Sequence record: NC_008720.1
Reading direction: 5' to 3' (one strand)
Source: Escherichia phage N4
DNA length: 64,000 nt
Below are positions 15,460 through 26,346 of this stretch, piece by piece. The notes below the pieces were generated by a model. That model was not told where the DNA came from. It searched no databases and saw nothing but the letters and a program-made list of their open reading frames with translations. Positions within the stretch are counted from its first letter, which is position 1; every line of letters starts with the position of its first letter. Made by a program: the position numbers and the translations under genes.

Positions 15460-17985
15460 ATGCAAGTAGCTGACTCTACTGAACTGACCACATCAGCAAC
15501 GTTGGGTGCTCAAGATGCTATGGCCTTCGGTATTTCTGAAGACCCAGCATTCTTCCAAATACTCAGTGCTAACCTCTATTCTAATCAGAAACTGGCAATG
15601 GTACGTGAGACATTGTGCAATAGCTGGGATGCTCATATTGAGGGGAATAAAACAGATATTCCTATCCATGTAACCATTGATAAAGATGGTTTCCTTATCT
15701 TCCGTGACTATGGTTCTGGTATTCCTAAAGATAAGATTCAAGAGGTCTATGGGGTATATGGTGCATCTACCAAGAAAGCTAATACTGCTTCCACTGGTGG
15801 CTTTGGCTTAGGATGTAAATCCCCTATGGCCTATACAGACAGTTTTACTGTCACATCTATGTGTGACGGAACCAAGACTGTCTATCACATTGCTAAATCT
15901 TCTGTTGAGACTAACGGTAAACCAGGGATTATTCCTATCGTTAGCGTACCTACTGAAGAATCTGGGCTTGAAGTTAAAATTCAGCTTCAGTCAGAAGATA
16001 TTTTAGAAATTGATTCATATATTCGAGCCATTGTATTACATGGTGAGATTAAATGTATTTACTGCAATCAGTATACAGGACCAAATACAGTAGAATTACT
16101 GCCTGTACTGGGTATGTCTTTTGAACCAGGTAGCTATAACCTAGACCATAGCACATGGCATAAATATTACATGGGCGGTCATTCAATATTTATCCGTTAT
16201 GGTAATGTTATGTATCCTGCTTTGGATACTCCTGCTACGCATGAAGCATTAAAACTGGTTAAACAGTTTATGCAGGTTATTAACTGTAGCCGTATCGTTG
16301 TTCAAGCTGCTCCATCATCACTAGCTGTAGCACCTAGCCGTGAAACATTGTCATCTCAAAAAATGACCGAAGACGGTATCGTAAATTTGGCTGTAGCTTT
16401 AGTAGATAAAATGGAAGCAGATATTAAAGCCCGTCTTCCAAATGCTATTGAGTATATTGGGAAAGCTATTAAAGAATATAGCCCTCACCGTTTTGAGGTA
16501 AATAGTTATTTGCCTTACACCAATTTAGTGCCTGATGTTATTGTCAGTCGTTATATGTCTTCTACTTTATTCAGTAAGCAATATGCTCACCTGTGTAAGA
16601 AATGGGGAAATATGGAGATTGACCGTCAACTTGAACATCCTGCACTGGCTCATTTCTCTGGTTCTCAAAAAGCCCATCTCCGTAAGCATTTAAAGAGGGC
16701 TAAGGATTTACGTAATTACAGGGAATTAACTAAAGTATTTACTGATATGGCTATTAAGCCAATGTTCAAAACCTTTGCTAAATTGGGGATTACTAAAGGT
16801 ATTTCCCTATTTCATTATCAATATGGTGTTGAACTGTGGCGTAATAATATTGTTAATAGTGTCCGTAGAATACACTCATTAAACTTCATGACTTATAGTT
16901 CTAAGAAGTGCCGTGTATTTGTTACCCCACGTATTACCAATATTGAAGATAGTCTGGCTGGGTATCCCGAATTTGATAATCTTTCTACTGAGACACTGGT
17001 GAAATATAACTCAATCATTGTCAAAGTTGGAACCAAGAAAGGTGAAGCAGAAGCTATGGCCAATCTGCTCACTAAAGCAGGATACGAAGTCATTAATATG
17101 GCTGAATATCATGAATGGGATTGTATAGCTCGTAGACGTAAAGAGGAACAAGAGGCTAAATTAGCCATTTCCAAATTACAAGCTAAGAAAGCTACTAATA
17201 AGAAAAAGGTTAGTCCTAACCGTCTTATTAGTATGAATATCCTTGAAATACCAAAAGAGCATCGTAGCTATTCGAGTGAGGTATGCGGTTCTCACTACGC
17301 TTCCCGTTCTCATGACCGAATGGTTGATGTAGATACTCCCCAGTATTACATCATGCAGGAAGATATTAATAACTACACAGGAAGACTTGGTATTCTTTCT
17401 ATGTGGCAATTAACTCCTGCTACCATTAAAGATGTGACTGTTGTTTGTCGTAATAAAATTGAACGTAATAAAGCTATTAAGCGAGGTGCTGTTCATTTGG
17501 ATGAATGGACTGCTCCGTATATTGCTTCGGTTCTTACATCCAAACAATTCATTAAGTATGTCACTAAAGAACGTCAGAAAACGTTAAGTGATATTGGTAT
17601 TTACTCCAAACACCTCAGATTACTGAGAGAACTGGATATTACATACGCCCCATTGAAAGGTCTGCGTTATGACCCAGAACTGGAGAATGCTTATCTCTTC
17701 TTACAAAGTAGTAGCTATCCTAAGCTACGTGCATTGTTAGGGAAGGGGCTGATTACTGAAGAACAGTATCACTTCCTTAGTGATGTTGATGTGCATTGCA
17801 AGACTTTCAGTAAGTACTCGGAACTTCGTAGGATACCGAAGATGTTCCTCGATATTGATGCTGGGGGTTATATGTTGGCTGCATGTACTGTAGACACATT
17901 GCTTCGTGAAATCGAACAATTCCCTGAATCAATCCCTGCAATCAAACTGCTTGTAAAAGCTGCTCTTAAACGGAATACAGACTGA
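15460..17985 (+). CDS. rIIA: rIIA-like protein with GHKL-type ATPase domain (841 aa)
   Basis: N-box LCNSWDAH, G1 box DYGSGIP, G2 box GGFGLGCKS near the N-terminus; size consistent with phage rIIA. Confidence 0.65.
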   Translation: MQVADSTELTTSATLGAQDAMAFGISEDPAFFQILSANLYSNQKLAMVRETLCNSWDAHIEGNKTDIPIHVTIDKDGFLIFRDYGSGIPKDKIQEVYGVYGASTKKANTASTGGFGLGCKSPMAYTDSFTVTSMCDGTKTVYHIAKSSVETNGKPGIIPIVSVPTEESGLEVKIQLQSEDILEIDSYIRAIVLHGEIKCIYCNQYTGPNTVELLPVLGMSFEPGSYNLDHSTWHKYYMGGHSIFIRYGNVMYPALDTPATHEALKLVKQFMQVINCSRIVVQAAPSSLAVAPSRETLSSQKMTEDGIVNLAVALVDKMEADIKARLPNAIEYIGKAIKEYSPHRFEVNSYLPYTNLVPDVIVSRYMSSTLFSKQYAHLCKKWGNMEIDRQLEHPALAHFSGSQKAHLRKHLKRAKDLRNYRELTKVFTDMAIKPMFKTFAKLGITKGISLFHYQYGVELWRNNIVNSVRRIHSLNFMTYSSKKCRVFVTPRITNIEDSLAGYPEFDNLSTETLVKYNSIIVKVGTKKGEAEAMANLLTKAGYEVINMAEYHEWDCIARRRKEEQEAKLAISKLQAKKATNKKKVSPNRLISMNILEIPKEHRSYSSEVCGSHYASRSHDRMVDVDTPQYYIMQEDINNYTGRLGILSMWQLTPATIKDVTVVCRNKIERNKAIKRGAVHLDEWTAPYIASVLTSKQFIKYVTKERQKTLSDIGIYSKHLRLLRELDITYAPLKGLRYDPELENAYLFLQSSSYPKLRALLGKGLITEEQYHFLSDVDVHCKTFSKYSELRRIPKMFLDIDAGGYMLAACTVDTLLREIEQFPESIPAIKLLVKAALKRNTD

Positions 17986-20075
17986 TGAAACGAAATTATC
18001 TCGCCATTATTGCCCTGTCAGTAGACAGCCGTAACCTCACCTTATGGCAACCAGATGGTTCTACTATGGTCATCCCCCAAGGGGATGCCCGTGTACCTCG
18101 TATTGTTGCTGAAGCAAAAGAAAAGAATCTTACCCCAGGTAAGATTATTGAAGTGGATGTCACTATCGAAGCTCAGATTCGTCAAGAGTTTCTAGACGCT
18201 GAACGTGATACAGGTGGCTTTGTTAAATTCTTCCGTATTACCAAGAAGAAGCTGCAAGAGTTCTTTTTGGGGGAAGAGGAAGAACAAGTCCCTCATGTAT
18301 CACCTGTAGAGTTAGGTGCTAAACCAACTGCTTTCAATGCTTTTATTGCTAATGCTGTAGGCAAAACTCTTGCTGTACAACATGCATCATTAAAAGCACC
18401 TGAACCAGAAATGACAGTTACTCATGAGCGTTTTTACGGTAACTATGCTGTATGGATTACAGATGTAGACCCACGGAATCATCGTATTGAGGTTATTCAT
18501 GTTATCCGTGAAATCTCAGGAAGAACCAGTGAATATGTCAATAACCTGCTGGCTCAACCAACTCCATTCAAAGTGTTTGATTGGCTCACAGAGACTCAGG
18601 CTAAAGAATTTGTAAGACGTCTGAATAACACTCAGGGTGTTATCTCTGTCTATAACAAACTGGAAGACGGTATTCCTGCTAAGGTTGCCGTGAAAGCTAC
18701 AGAGCCAACCAATAAAGAAAAGCTGGAAGCTGCATCATCTAAGCTGAAAGCTATGGGTGCTGTCGCTACTGATGCTTACGAGTTTCATACTGACTTGAAT
18801 GAGAATGAAGAGACTATTGTAGCTGTAGTAAATGATAAGGTGGTTCCTGATGTTCAGAACCTACATCGTCATATCCGTCAATCTGCAAATTTGAAAGACT
18901 ATAAAGGCTTTACTAAGTTTCTTGAACGCCTGTCTACTGTAATTGATAAACGTCGTCACTCTGTTGAAGACCTGATGAAGTTTATGGAAAAAGGTGACCT
19001 GCCAATTGCAGATGATGGCTCCATTGTTATCTTCAAACGTCTGGAAAGCAAAGACAATCCTGAACATCTTAAAGATGTAATGGATGATGTATTTGTTGAT
19101 TGCCATTCTAAGAAGATTGAGCAATGCGTTGGTATGCGTGTAATGGTTAGAGAAAGCCTTGTAGACCAGAACCGTCGTAAAGACTGTTCTCATGGTTTGC
19201 ACGTAGCTTCTCTGCAATACATTCGTAATTTCTCAGGCAACGTAACCATTATTGGTAAAGTTGCTCCAGAGGATGTATTTGCAGTACCAGAATACGATGT
19301 TACTAAGATGCGTGTATCTGCTTATCACATCATTACCAAGCTACCTGACGCTATTCGTGACCATGTTAATAATGGCAATCCAATCTCCACCATTGAGGGT
19401 GGTACGGAAATTCTGAACATGGTTCTCAGTGGTAATCACCCTGAACCTTCTCGTCAGGTACTGGTTGGTGGTCATTATGGAACCAATCTGACTTATTCAG
19501 AACTCACCCGTAATTATCTGGATGATGTGGAAGACATCGTTATTCCAGATGAACCAGTAATTAAGAAAACTGCCTTGAATATGGAAGAGAGCTTTACGGC
19601 AACTAATCCTAAAGCCGAACCAGTGAAGGCAACGGATGTTAAACCTATTAAGAAGACTAAGATGGAAATTCTTAAAGACCTTTGGAACCAGTTCCTGAAA
19701 GCAGAGACTTCTAATGAAGCTATTACGCTGGCTGATGAAATCATTGCTGCTAAGGGCAAATGTAAGAAGTCATGGGCTTCTTTAGGCTTCAGTGGTGACA
19801 TGGTTCAGAAACTGATTGATGCTCGTGCTAATAAGCCTAAGCCAGAAAAAGCAGTCAAACAGGATAAAACTGTTGCACCTAAGAAAACTACAGTCACTCG
19901 TAGTCGGAATGCTGATGTTATTCGTAGTTATCTGAATGACAAAGGTATGTCTGATTACTGTAAAGCTCATGCCATTCACGATGTGAAACGTGCTGCTAAG
20001 AAGTCTTATGCTGCACTGGGTCTGACTCCTGAAGAATGCAGCCAAATTGATAAACTGAAGCATCATCTGAAGTAA
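17985..20075 (+). CDS. rIIB-like protein (696 aa)
   Basis: Immediately follows and is start/stop-coupled to the rIIA-like gene; assignment by gene order only. Confidence 0.4.
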   Translation: MKRNYLAIIALSVDSRNLTLWQPDGSTMVIPQGDARVPRIVAEAKEKNLTPGKIIEVDVTIEAQIRQEFLDAERDTGGFVKFFRITKKKLQEFFLGEEEEQVPHVSPVELGAKPTAFNAFIANAVGKTLAVQHASLKAPEPEMTVTHERFYGNYAVWITDVDPRNHRIEVIHVIREISGRTSEYVNNLLAQPTPFKVFDWLTETQAKEFVRRLNNTQGVISVYNKLEDGIPAKVAVKATEPTNKEKLEAASSKLKAMGAVATDAYEFHTDLNENEETIVAVVNDKVVPDVQNLHRHIRQSANLKDYKGFTKFLERLSTVIDKRRHSVEDLMKFMEKGDLPIADDGSIVIFKRLESKDNPEHLKDVMDDVFVDCHSKKIEQCVGMRVMVRESLVDQNRRKDCSHGLHVASLQYIRNFSGNVTIIGKVAPEDVFAVPEYDVTKMRVSAYHIITKLPDAIRDHVNNGNPISTIEGGTEILNMVLSGNHPEPSRQVLVGGHYGTNLTYSELTRNYLDDVEDIVIPDEPVIKKTALNMEESFTATNPKAEPVKATDVKPIKKTKMEILKDLWNQFLKAETSNEAITLADEIIAAKGKCKKSWASLGFSGDMVQKLIDARANKPKPEKAVKQDKTVAPKKTTVTRSRNADVIRSYLNDKGMSDYCKAHAIHDVKRAAKKSYAALGLTPEECSQIDKLKHHLK

Positions 20076-20142
20076 GTAGGTTAACTATTCAAGTAGCTCC
20101 AGTTGAAATATACTGGAGCTATCTTTGAAGAGGATACATACT

Positions 20143-20538
20143 ATGGCCAAAGTTTATCGTGCTAACCGTAAAGCCTATGATGACGATATTATTCGTATGA
20201 ATGCAGTCGGTTTATCATTGGGAACCATTGCTAAAACATTAGGTGTTCACCCCACTACAGTTACCTTACGATTACGCTCTCTTGGTATTGAACCAGCCGA
20301 CACACGTCGAACATTTATGGAGAACGTATTAGCACCATTACCTACTCACGTAGCTGATTGGTTATCGGAACAAGTAGGACCAAAGTATGAGATTCGACAA
20401 TACGTTCGAGACTTATTACTGGAAGCCTACAATAATCGTCATAATCATAAGGAAACTGCCCATGAACGATTCCTCAAAAGATACGTTGGTACAAACCCAG
20501 AACTGGTTTCTGAAGGCAGTACCCAACCCAACGAGTAA
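20143..20538 (+). CDS. Putative helix-turn-helix DNA-binding protein (131 aa)
   Basis: GLSLGTIAKTLGVHPTTVTLRLRSLG resembles an HTH; ATG at 20143 with GAGGAT RBS. Confidence 0.45.
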   Translation: MAKVYRANRKAYDDDIIRMNAVGLSLGTIAKTLGVHPTTVTLRLRSLGIEPADTRRTFMENVLAPLPTHVADWLSEQVGPKYEIRQYVRDLLLEAYNNRHNHKETAHERFLKRYVGTNPELVSEGSTQPNE

Positions 20539-20914
20539 AAACATTAGTACCCAGATTGGTTGCCATCTGGAAGAAGTAGCAGAAATGCTAGAAGCAATAT
20601 GCAGCGTCTATAAGGAAGACGATAAGAAAATAGCTTATCTGAGAGAAGCCATTGTTCATGTAGCAGACCTCATTAAACAAAATGGGGGTATTGCTGTGAA
20701 AGACCCAAATGATCTTTTAGATAGTATTGCTGACCAGATTGTTACAGCAACTGGCGTCGGTACTTTCTTGGGTATGAACGTACCTGGAGCACTCACTGAA
20801 GTGAACCGTTCTAATTATTCAAAATTTGAAGACGGTGAGCCTGTTTTCAATGAGAATAAGAAAGTAATGAAAGGTAAGGATTATACTCCGCCTGATTTAA
20901 CCCCATTCATTTAA
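20462..20914 (+). CDS. MazG-like nucleotide pyrophosphohydrolase (150 aa)
   Basis: HLEEVAEMLEA and EAIVHVADLI helices typical of the MazG/NTP-PPase fold; first in-frame ATG overlaps the upstream gene by 77 nt, so the start is uncertain. Confidence 0.55.
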   Translation: MNDSSKDTLVQTQNWFLKAVPNPTSKNISTQIGCHLEEVAEMLEAICSVYKEDDKKIAYLREAIVHVADLIKQNGGIAVKDPNDLLDSIADQIVTATGVGTFLGMNVPGALTEVNRSNYSKFEDGEPVFNENKKVMKGKDYTPPDLTPFI

Positions 20915-20918
20915 AAGA

Positions 20919-20942
20919 GCCGCCCATATAGGGCGGTTTTTG
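20919..20942 (+). terminator. Rho-independent terminator
   Basis: Stem GCCGCCC/GGGCGG, loop ATATA, then TTTTT. Confidence 0.7.
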
Positions 20943-20956
20943 TATCTGGAGAACTC

Positions 20957-22276
20957 ATGTATAAAAGTACTACTAAGCTGCCACTAAATCCTGGTCAAGA
21001 GGCAGCGGCAGAAGGTTTCTTCGACTTTCTGCTCGACCCCAATGCTTCTGAACTTCGTATTAGTGGACCTGGTGGTACAGGCAAGACATTTACAATGGCT
21101 CATATGATTGACGAGATTATGCCTCGTTATCATGAGACATGCAGTCTGATGGGAATCCCTGCTCTCTATAACGAAGTTATTATGACTGCTACTACTAATA
21201 AGGCAGCAGAAGTATTAGCCCGTGCAACAGGACGTCCTACGTCTACCTATCATTCCTTTCAAGGTCTGACAGTACGGAATAACCTGAAGACTGGAGAAGC
21301 AGACCTGATTCCATCTAAGTCCTTCAGTATCAAAAAGAATAAGGTCATCTTTATTGATGAAGCATCAATGATTGACCGTAAACTGAAGAAGTTTATTAAC
21401 GAAGGTACTCACCAAAGTAAGATTGTTTACTTGGGTGATAAATGCCAATTGTTGCCTGTAAAGGAAACTTCTTCCCCTGTCTACAATGACAGTAGCATTA
21501 AAGAGTTTATGCTGACCCAGCAGATGCGTACTGATGTCCCTGAACTCCATGCACTGCATGAACAGCTTCGTGGAACCATTGAAGGTAAGCACGGATTCCT
21601 GCCTATTAAAGCAGTTCCGGGTATTATCGACTGGATTGAAGATGGTGATGAAATGAGAAAAGAAGTCGAGGGTCATTTCATGACTAAGACTGACACTCGT
21701 ATTGTTGCCTACACCAACCAACAGGTTGTTAACTATAACACCTTCATTCGAGCCATGAATGGATTCCACGGGGAGTTCTGTATTGGTGAAGAGTTAGTAA
21801 GTAACTCTGCTATTCAGATTGGTGCTGGTGACCGCCTCAGTATTGAACAGGAATGCCAAATTGTTGACCAGGATTCTGCTACTCGTAAGATTCTGATTGA
21901 TTCCTCTGGTATCGAATTAGAAGTACGTGATTGCACTCTGGATACTGGTTATGGTGGTGTCTTTGAAGGTATCCCTATTCCGGTAGATATGGATTATTTC
22001 ATTCGTTTGCAAAAGTACTATGCACACCAAAAGAACTGGGAACGTCATTTCTATTTGAAAGAAACATTCCCTGAACTTCGGGCATTACATGCTTCTACTG
22101 TGCATAAGTCGCAAGGTTCTACCTACGACACCATCTTTATTGATGCTACTGATTTATCTACTTGCCGTCAGCCTGATGTAGTAGCACGTCTGCTTTATGT
22201 AGCAGTATCTCGTGCTCGTCATCGTGTTGTGTTCTATGGCTCTTTGGCAGAGAAATTTGGTGGTCTGGTTCGCTAA
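20957..22276 (+). CDS. Dda/RecD-like superfamily 1 DNA helicase (439 aa)
   Basis: Walker A GPGGTGKTF, Walker B IFIDEASM, C-terminal VHKSQGSTYD motif. Confidence 0.8.
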   Translation: MYKSTTKLPLNPGQEAAAEGFFDFLLDPNASELRISGPGGTGKTFTMAHMIDEIMPRYHETCSLMGIPALYNEVIMTATTNKAAEVLARATGRPTSTYHSFQGLTVRNNLKTGEADLIPSKSFSIKKNKVIFIDEASMIDRKLKKFINEGTHQSKIVYLGDKCQLLPVKETSSPVYNDSSIKEFMLTQQMRTDVPELHALHEQLRGTIEGKHGFLPIKAVPGIIDWIEDGDEMRKEVEGHFMTKTDTRIVAYTNQQVVNYNTFIRAMNGFHGEFCIGEELVSNSAIQIGAGDRLSIEQECQIVDQDSATRKILIDSSGIELEVRDCTLDTGYGGVFEGIPIPVDMDYFIRLQKYYAHQKNWERHFYLKETFPELRALHASTVHKSQGSTYDTIFIDATDLSTCRQPDVVARLLYVAVSRARHRVVFYGSLAEKFGGLVR

Positions 22277-22285
22277 GGAGAACTT

Positions 22286-22813
22286 ATGCAACTGGGTGAA
22301 AAACAAATCCGTGAAATGACTAATAGTAGTGAACTGGTTCAGGAATTATTCTTAGCCGAGTTACGTCGGCTAGATAAAGTGCTGGATAGTATCATTACAC
22401 GTAATGGGGAAACATTCGCTGTATATAACTCAACAGGATTCCTGTATTTAGGGGAGTTCTATTCGAGTTCTCGTTCATCACAACAACCCCCTTCTGGTCA
22501 TCGTCTGGCTCTGGCTAATCACCTACTGGATGGTATGCGGGAGTATCTGGAACAAGCAGGTAAACTTCTGCTAGAAGTCCATATGGTAAATCAGATGGTC
22601 TTTCGTCTGGTTCAGGGCTGTAAGACTTATCAAGACGTTCGTGATGCATTGCCAGAATGCCTCATTGCTATGGATAAACAGGGTCATCTGAAATCCTTAC
22701 AGAGAACCAGAAAGGCAGCATTTACTCTGGATAATGATGCTATGGCTCTCCGTCAGTATGAGAAAATCTTGCCGATTATCGAATACTATGCGGGAACCCA
22801 TCTTATCTTTTGA
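22286..22813 (+). CDS. Hypothetical protein (175 aa)
   Basis: ORF track. Confidence 0.5.
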   Translation: MQLGEKQIREMTNSSELVQELFLAELRRLDKVLDSIITRNGETFAVYNSTGFLYLGEFYSSSRSSQQPPSGHRLALANHLLDGMREYLEQAGKLLLEVHMVNQMVFRLVQGCKTYQDVRDALPECLIAMDKQGHLKSLQRTRKAAFTLDNDAMALRQYEKILPIIEYYAGTHLIF

Positions 22814-22820
22814 GGTCTGT

Positions 22821-25400
22821 ATGCGTCACATTACATTCAACAATGAGGGTATCTACCCTATTGCTATCCTTGCTACAACGTTACGTAAGGATGATATTGT
22901 CAAAGCATACATGGAACCCTGGGATGTAGATAAAGATTCAGTAATGATTCTTGAACTTCATACAGCCCCAGGGAAAAAGAAAACTCCTGCTAAAGAGATG
23001 CAGGAGTTTATTACCCAAGAATTAGTGCCAGCATTCGAAGCAGCACAAACTCAGTATATCATCTGTGGTGATTCTGAATATTACAAACAGCTAACCAAAC
23101 AAGGTAAAGCTGATGCCAATATTGGCTATGTAATGGATTGTGCTTATGGGAACCAGAAAGTTATTTACGTTCCCAATTACAGACAAATCTTTTATGACCC
23201 AGATAAGGTAAAGACTAAGATTGCTTTATCCATGCAGGCTCTGATTGATTATGTCTCTGGTTCTTATGTTGAACCAGGAACTAAGATTATCCACTATGCT
23301 GATTATCCATTAACTCCAGAAGCTATATCTAAGTGGTTGGATAAGTTACTGGAGATGAATGTTCCATTAGCAGTAGATATAGAAACCTTCAGTCTGAAGC
23401 ATTATGACTGTGGTATAGGCACTATTACATTCTGTTGGAACAAGCACGAAGGGATAGCATTCCCTGTGGATTACGAACCAATTGAGGGAGCTACCGAAGC
23501 TCCTTATGGTAGACAGGTTCACAACATGCTTGTTCGCTCTATGCTCAGAGACTTTTTTATTAAGTATCTGAACAGGCAGATGTATCACAATATTGCCTTT
23601 GACGTATATGCACTCATTTACCAGTTATTTATGACAGACCTTCTGGATACGGAAGGATTGTTGCATGGCATGAGTATCATGCTAAGAAACTGGGATTGCA
23701 CTAAGTTAATTACCTATCTGGCTACTAATTCTTGTGCTGGTAATAAGCTAAGTCTTAAAGACCAAGCTCAGGAATATGCTGGTAACTATGCTCAGGAAGA
23801 AATCAATGACATTACCAGAATCCCATTAGCAGAGTTGTTGGAATACAACTTAGTGGATGGATTGTGTACCTGGTATGTCTATGAAAAGCATTGGGATACT
23901 CTAGTTAATGACCAACAGTTAGATGTTTATACAAACATCTTTAAACCTGCATGTGAAGATATTATTCAAATGCAGTTAACTGGGATGCCTATCAATATGA
24001 AGACAGTATTGGGGGTAGAAGAGGCATTAACCCAAGACTATAACAATGCGTTAAAAACAATTGCTGACAGTAAAGTAATCAAAGATTTTACCCGTCTTCT
24101 TAATGAAGAATGGGTAGAAAAACAGAACCAGATTCTGAAGAAGAAACGAGTAACTTTAGCTGATGCTAAAGAGCAGTTTAATCCAAACTCAGGTGTTCAA
24201 TTACAGAAGCTACTTTTTGAGTTTCTGGAGTTACCTGTACTGGGTCTGACTGCAAGTAAACTACCTGCTACTGGTAGTGGCATACTCAAGTCTTTGAAGA
24301 ACCATACCCAAGATACCAGTATTCTGGAAATTCTTGACGCTCTGATTGATTACAAAGCTGTAGATAAAATTCTGACAGCATTCATCCCAGCATTAAAAAA
24401 TGCCAGACAAGGACCAGATGGTTGGCATTATCTCTTTGGTAACCTGAACTTAGGTGGAACTGTATCAGGTCGTCTATCCAGTAGCGAACCAAACCTACAG
24501 AACCTACCTTCTGGTTCCAGGTATGCCAAGATAATTAAGAAATGCTTTGAAGCCCCTCCTGGATGGATATTCTGTGGGCTAGACTTTGCTTCTCTCGAAG
24601 ACCGTATATCTGCTTTAACAACCAAAGACCCTAATAAACTGAAGGTGTATACCGATGGTTACGATGGGCATAGTCTTCGTGCGTATGCTTACTTCGGTGA
24701 GATGATGCCTGACATTGAAGATACGGTAGAGTCTGTTAATTCTATTCAGGAGAAGTACAAAGCATATCGTCAGGATTCTAAAGCACCTACCTTTGCTCTT
24801 ACCTATCAGGGCACGTACATCACTTTGATGAAGAACTGTGGTTTCCCTGAACAGAAAGCTCGAATGGTTGAGGAACGTTATCATACACTTTATAAGGTAA
24901 GTGATGACTGGGTTCAGGCTAAACTAGACCAAGCTGCAAAAGATGGTTATGTAACCGTAGCATTTGGCCTGAGAGTCAGAACCCCCTTACTTCAACAAGT
25001 TATCCGTGGAACCAGTAAAACTCCTTATGAAGCTGAAGCTGAAGGACGTACTGCTGGTAATGCATTAGGCCAAAGTTGGTGTCTTCTGAATAACCGTGCT
25101 GGTTCAGAGTTCATGCGTAAGGTGCGGAATAGTAAGCATCGTCTTGATATTCGTCCAAGTACCCATATCCATGATGCTCAGTATTTCCTTATCCGTGATG
25201 ATATGGATGTTGTGATATATACCAATACTCATTTGGTGAAAGCAGTACAATGGCAAGACCATCCTGATATTGCCCATCCAGATGTTCATTTGGGTGGGGA
25301 ACTCTCCTTATTTTACCCAACGTGGGCTAACGAGATTGAAATTCCAAACTACGCTACGCCCGAACAAGTCCATGAAGCAATCCAAAAGGCATTTAAATGA
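22821..25400 (+). CDS. Family A DNA polymerase with 3'-5' exonuclease domain (859 aa)
   Basis: Exo I motif AVDIETFSL; SGRLSSSEPNLQNLP pol A motif; ATG at 22821 (track start 22734 overlaps the upstream gene). Confidence 0.9.
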   Translation: MRHITFNNEGIYPIAILATTLRKDDIVKAYMEPWDVDKDSVMILELHTAPGKKKTPAKEMQEFITQELVPAFEAAQTQYIICGDSEYYKQLTKQGKADANIGYVMDCAYGNQKVIYVPNYRQIFYDPDKVKTKIALSMQALIDYVSGSYVEPGTKIIHYADYPLTPEAISKWLDKLLEMNVPLAVDIETFSLKHYDCGIGTITFCWNKHEGIAFPVDYEPIEGATEAPYGRQVHNMLVRSMLRDFFIKYLNRQMYHNIAFDVYALIYQLFMTDLLDTEGLLHGMSIMLRNWDCTKLITYLATNSCAGNKLSLKDQAQEYAGNYAQEEINDITRIPLAELLEYNLVDGLCTWYVYEKHWDTLVNDQQLDVYTNIFKPACEDIIQMQLTGMPINMKTVLGVEEALTQDYNNALKTIADSKVIKDFTRLLNEEWVEKQNQILKKKRVTLADAKEQFNPNSGVQLQKLLFEFLELPVLGLTASKLPATGSGILKSLKNHTQDTSILEILDALIDYKAVDKILTAFIPALKNARQGPDGWHYLFGNLNLGGTVSGRLSSSEPNLQNLPSGSRYAKIIKKCFEAPPGWIFCGLDFASLEDRISALTTKDPNKLKVYTDGYDGHSLRAYAYFGEMMPDIEDTVESVNSIQEKYKAYRQDSKAPTFALTYQGTYITLMKNCGFPEQKARMVEERYHTLYKVSDDWVQAKLDQAAKDGYVTVAFGLRVRTPLLQQVIRGTSKTPYEAEAEGRTAGNALGQSWCLLNNRAGSEFMRKVRNSKHRLDIRPSTHIHDAQYFLIRDDMDVVIYTNTHLVKAVQWQDHPDIAHPDVHLGGELSLFYPTWANEIEIPNYATPEQVHEAIQKAFK

Positions 25401-25735
25401 CCAAACAAATTGAAGAGAAAAAGCATCACTGGTTAGTAGCAGCTCAACTGACTTTTGTTATTCCTGATAACAAAGATGGGCAGGAAGGTGCTGTTATTGT
25501 TCAGAACACTATGCTGCTTACTGAAGAGAAACAGGTAACTTTCCGTGACCTGGGACGTGCTCAGTCTGCTCTGTTTCAGAATCTGAATGACCGTTTTGGT
25601 CAAGTGGTAGATGTACGGGATATTGTATTCCTGAACGTTAGCTACCTGGGTCATATGAGCCAGCCTGACTTCCAGCAAAATCTGGTAACTAAAGATACTG
25701 CTGCGAAGAAAGCTAAACTGAAAGCTGTGGAGTAA
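25397..25735 (+). CDS. Hypothetical protein (112 aa)
   Basis: ORF track; start/stop-coupled to the polymerase gene. Confidence 0.5.
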   Translation: MTKQIEEKKHHWLVAAQLTFVIPDNKDGQEGAVIVQNTMLLTEEKQVTFRDLGRAQSALFQNLNDRFGQVVDVRDIVFLNVSYLGHMSQPDFQQNLVTKDTAAKKAKLKAVE

Positions 25736-25737
25736 TC

Positions 25738-26346
25738 ATGTCTGAAAAACTATCAGGTGGTTTTAATAACTACTATCTGGTTCAGGTAACCAATCCTCAA
25801 CGTATGGAACAGCCCCCATATCAGGCCGAGTGTGAGGATATTATCCAAGCACTAAATATGACCTTTGATGAAGGGTGTCTGTTCAAGGCATTGTGGCGTA
25901 ATGCTGCTGCTCGTTTAGGTAACGGTAAACCAGGTAACACTGCCATTTATGATGCAGAGAAGATGGTTCATTATGCTAACCGTATTTTTACTAAAGAATC
26001 CGGTGGGCAGAAAAAAGAAGCAGAAGAACCAGTTTCTGAGGCTCTGAAGAAGGGCGAAGAGATTCATATGTCTCTGGCTGAATTATTCACCCTGTTAACT
26101 GGTGAAGCAGCAGAAGGTGAAGTAATGAGCCTTGCTGGTTGGCATACTCATGTACCCAACCGTTTGGGTGTTATGCCTATTGCTGTTTCAATGAGCAAAG
26201 CAGAACAAGTTGATGTAGTACGTGCCGATGGAACGACTATTACTCATGTATTTCCTCATGAGATTGACTGGTCTGATAAGATTGCCCCCTTTGCTCGAAT
26301 CACTGCATGGCGTTTCAGTAACCCATCTAAGGTCGCTTCTAAATGA
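25738..26346 (+). CDS. Hypothetical protein with DUF3310-like N-terminal region (202 aa)
   Basis: GGFNNYY...NPQRM...GNGKPGNTAIYDAEKMVHYANRI resembles DUF3310 as I recall it; uncertain. Confidence 0.4.
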   Translation: MSEKLSGGFNNYYLVQVTNPQRMEQPPYQAECEDIIQALNMTFDEGCLFKALWRNAAARLGNGKPGNTAIYDAEKMVHYANRIFTKESGGQKKEAEEPVSEALKKGEEIHMSLAELFTLLTGEAAEGEVMSLAGWHTHVPNRLGVMPIAVSMSKAEQVDVVRADGTTITHVFPHEIDWSDKIAPFARITAWRFSNPSKVASK

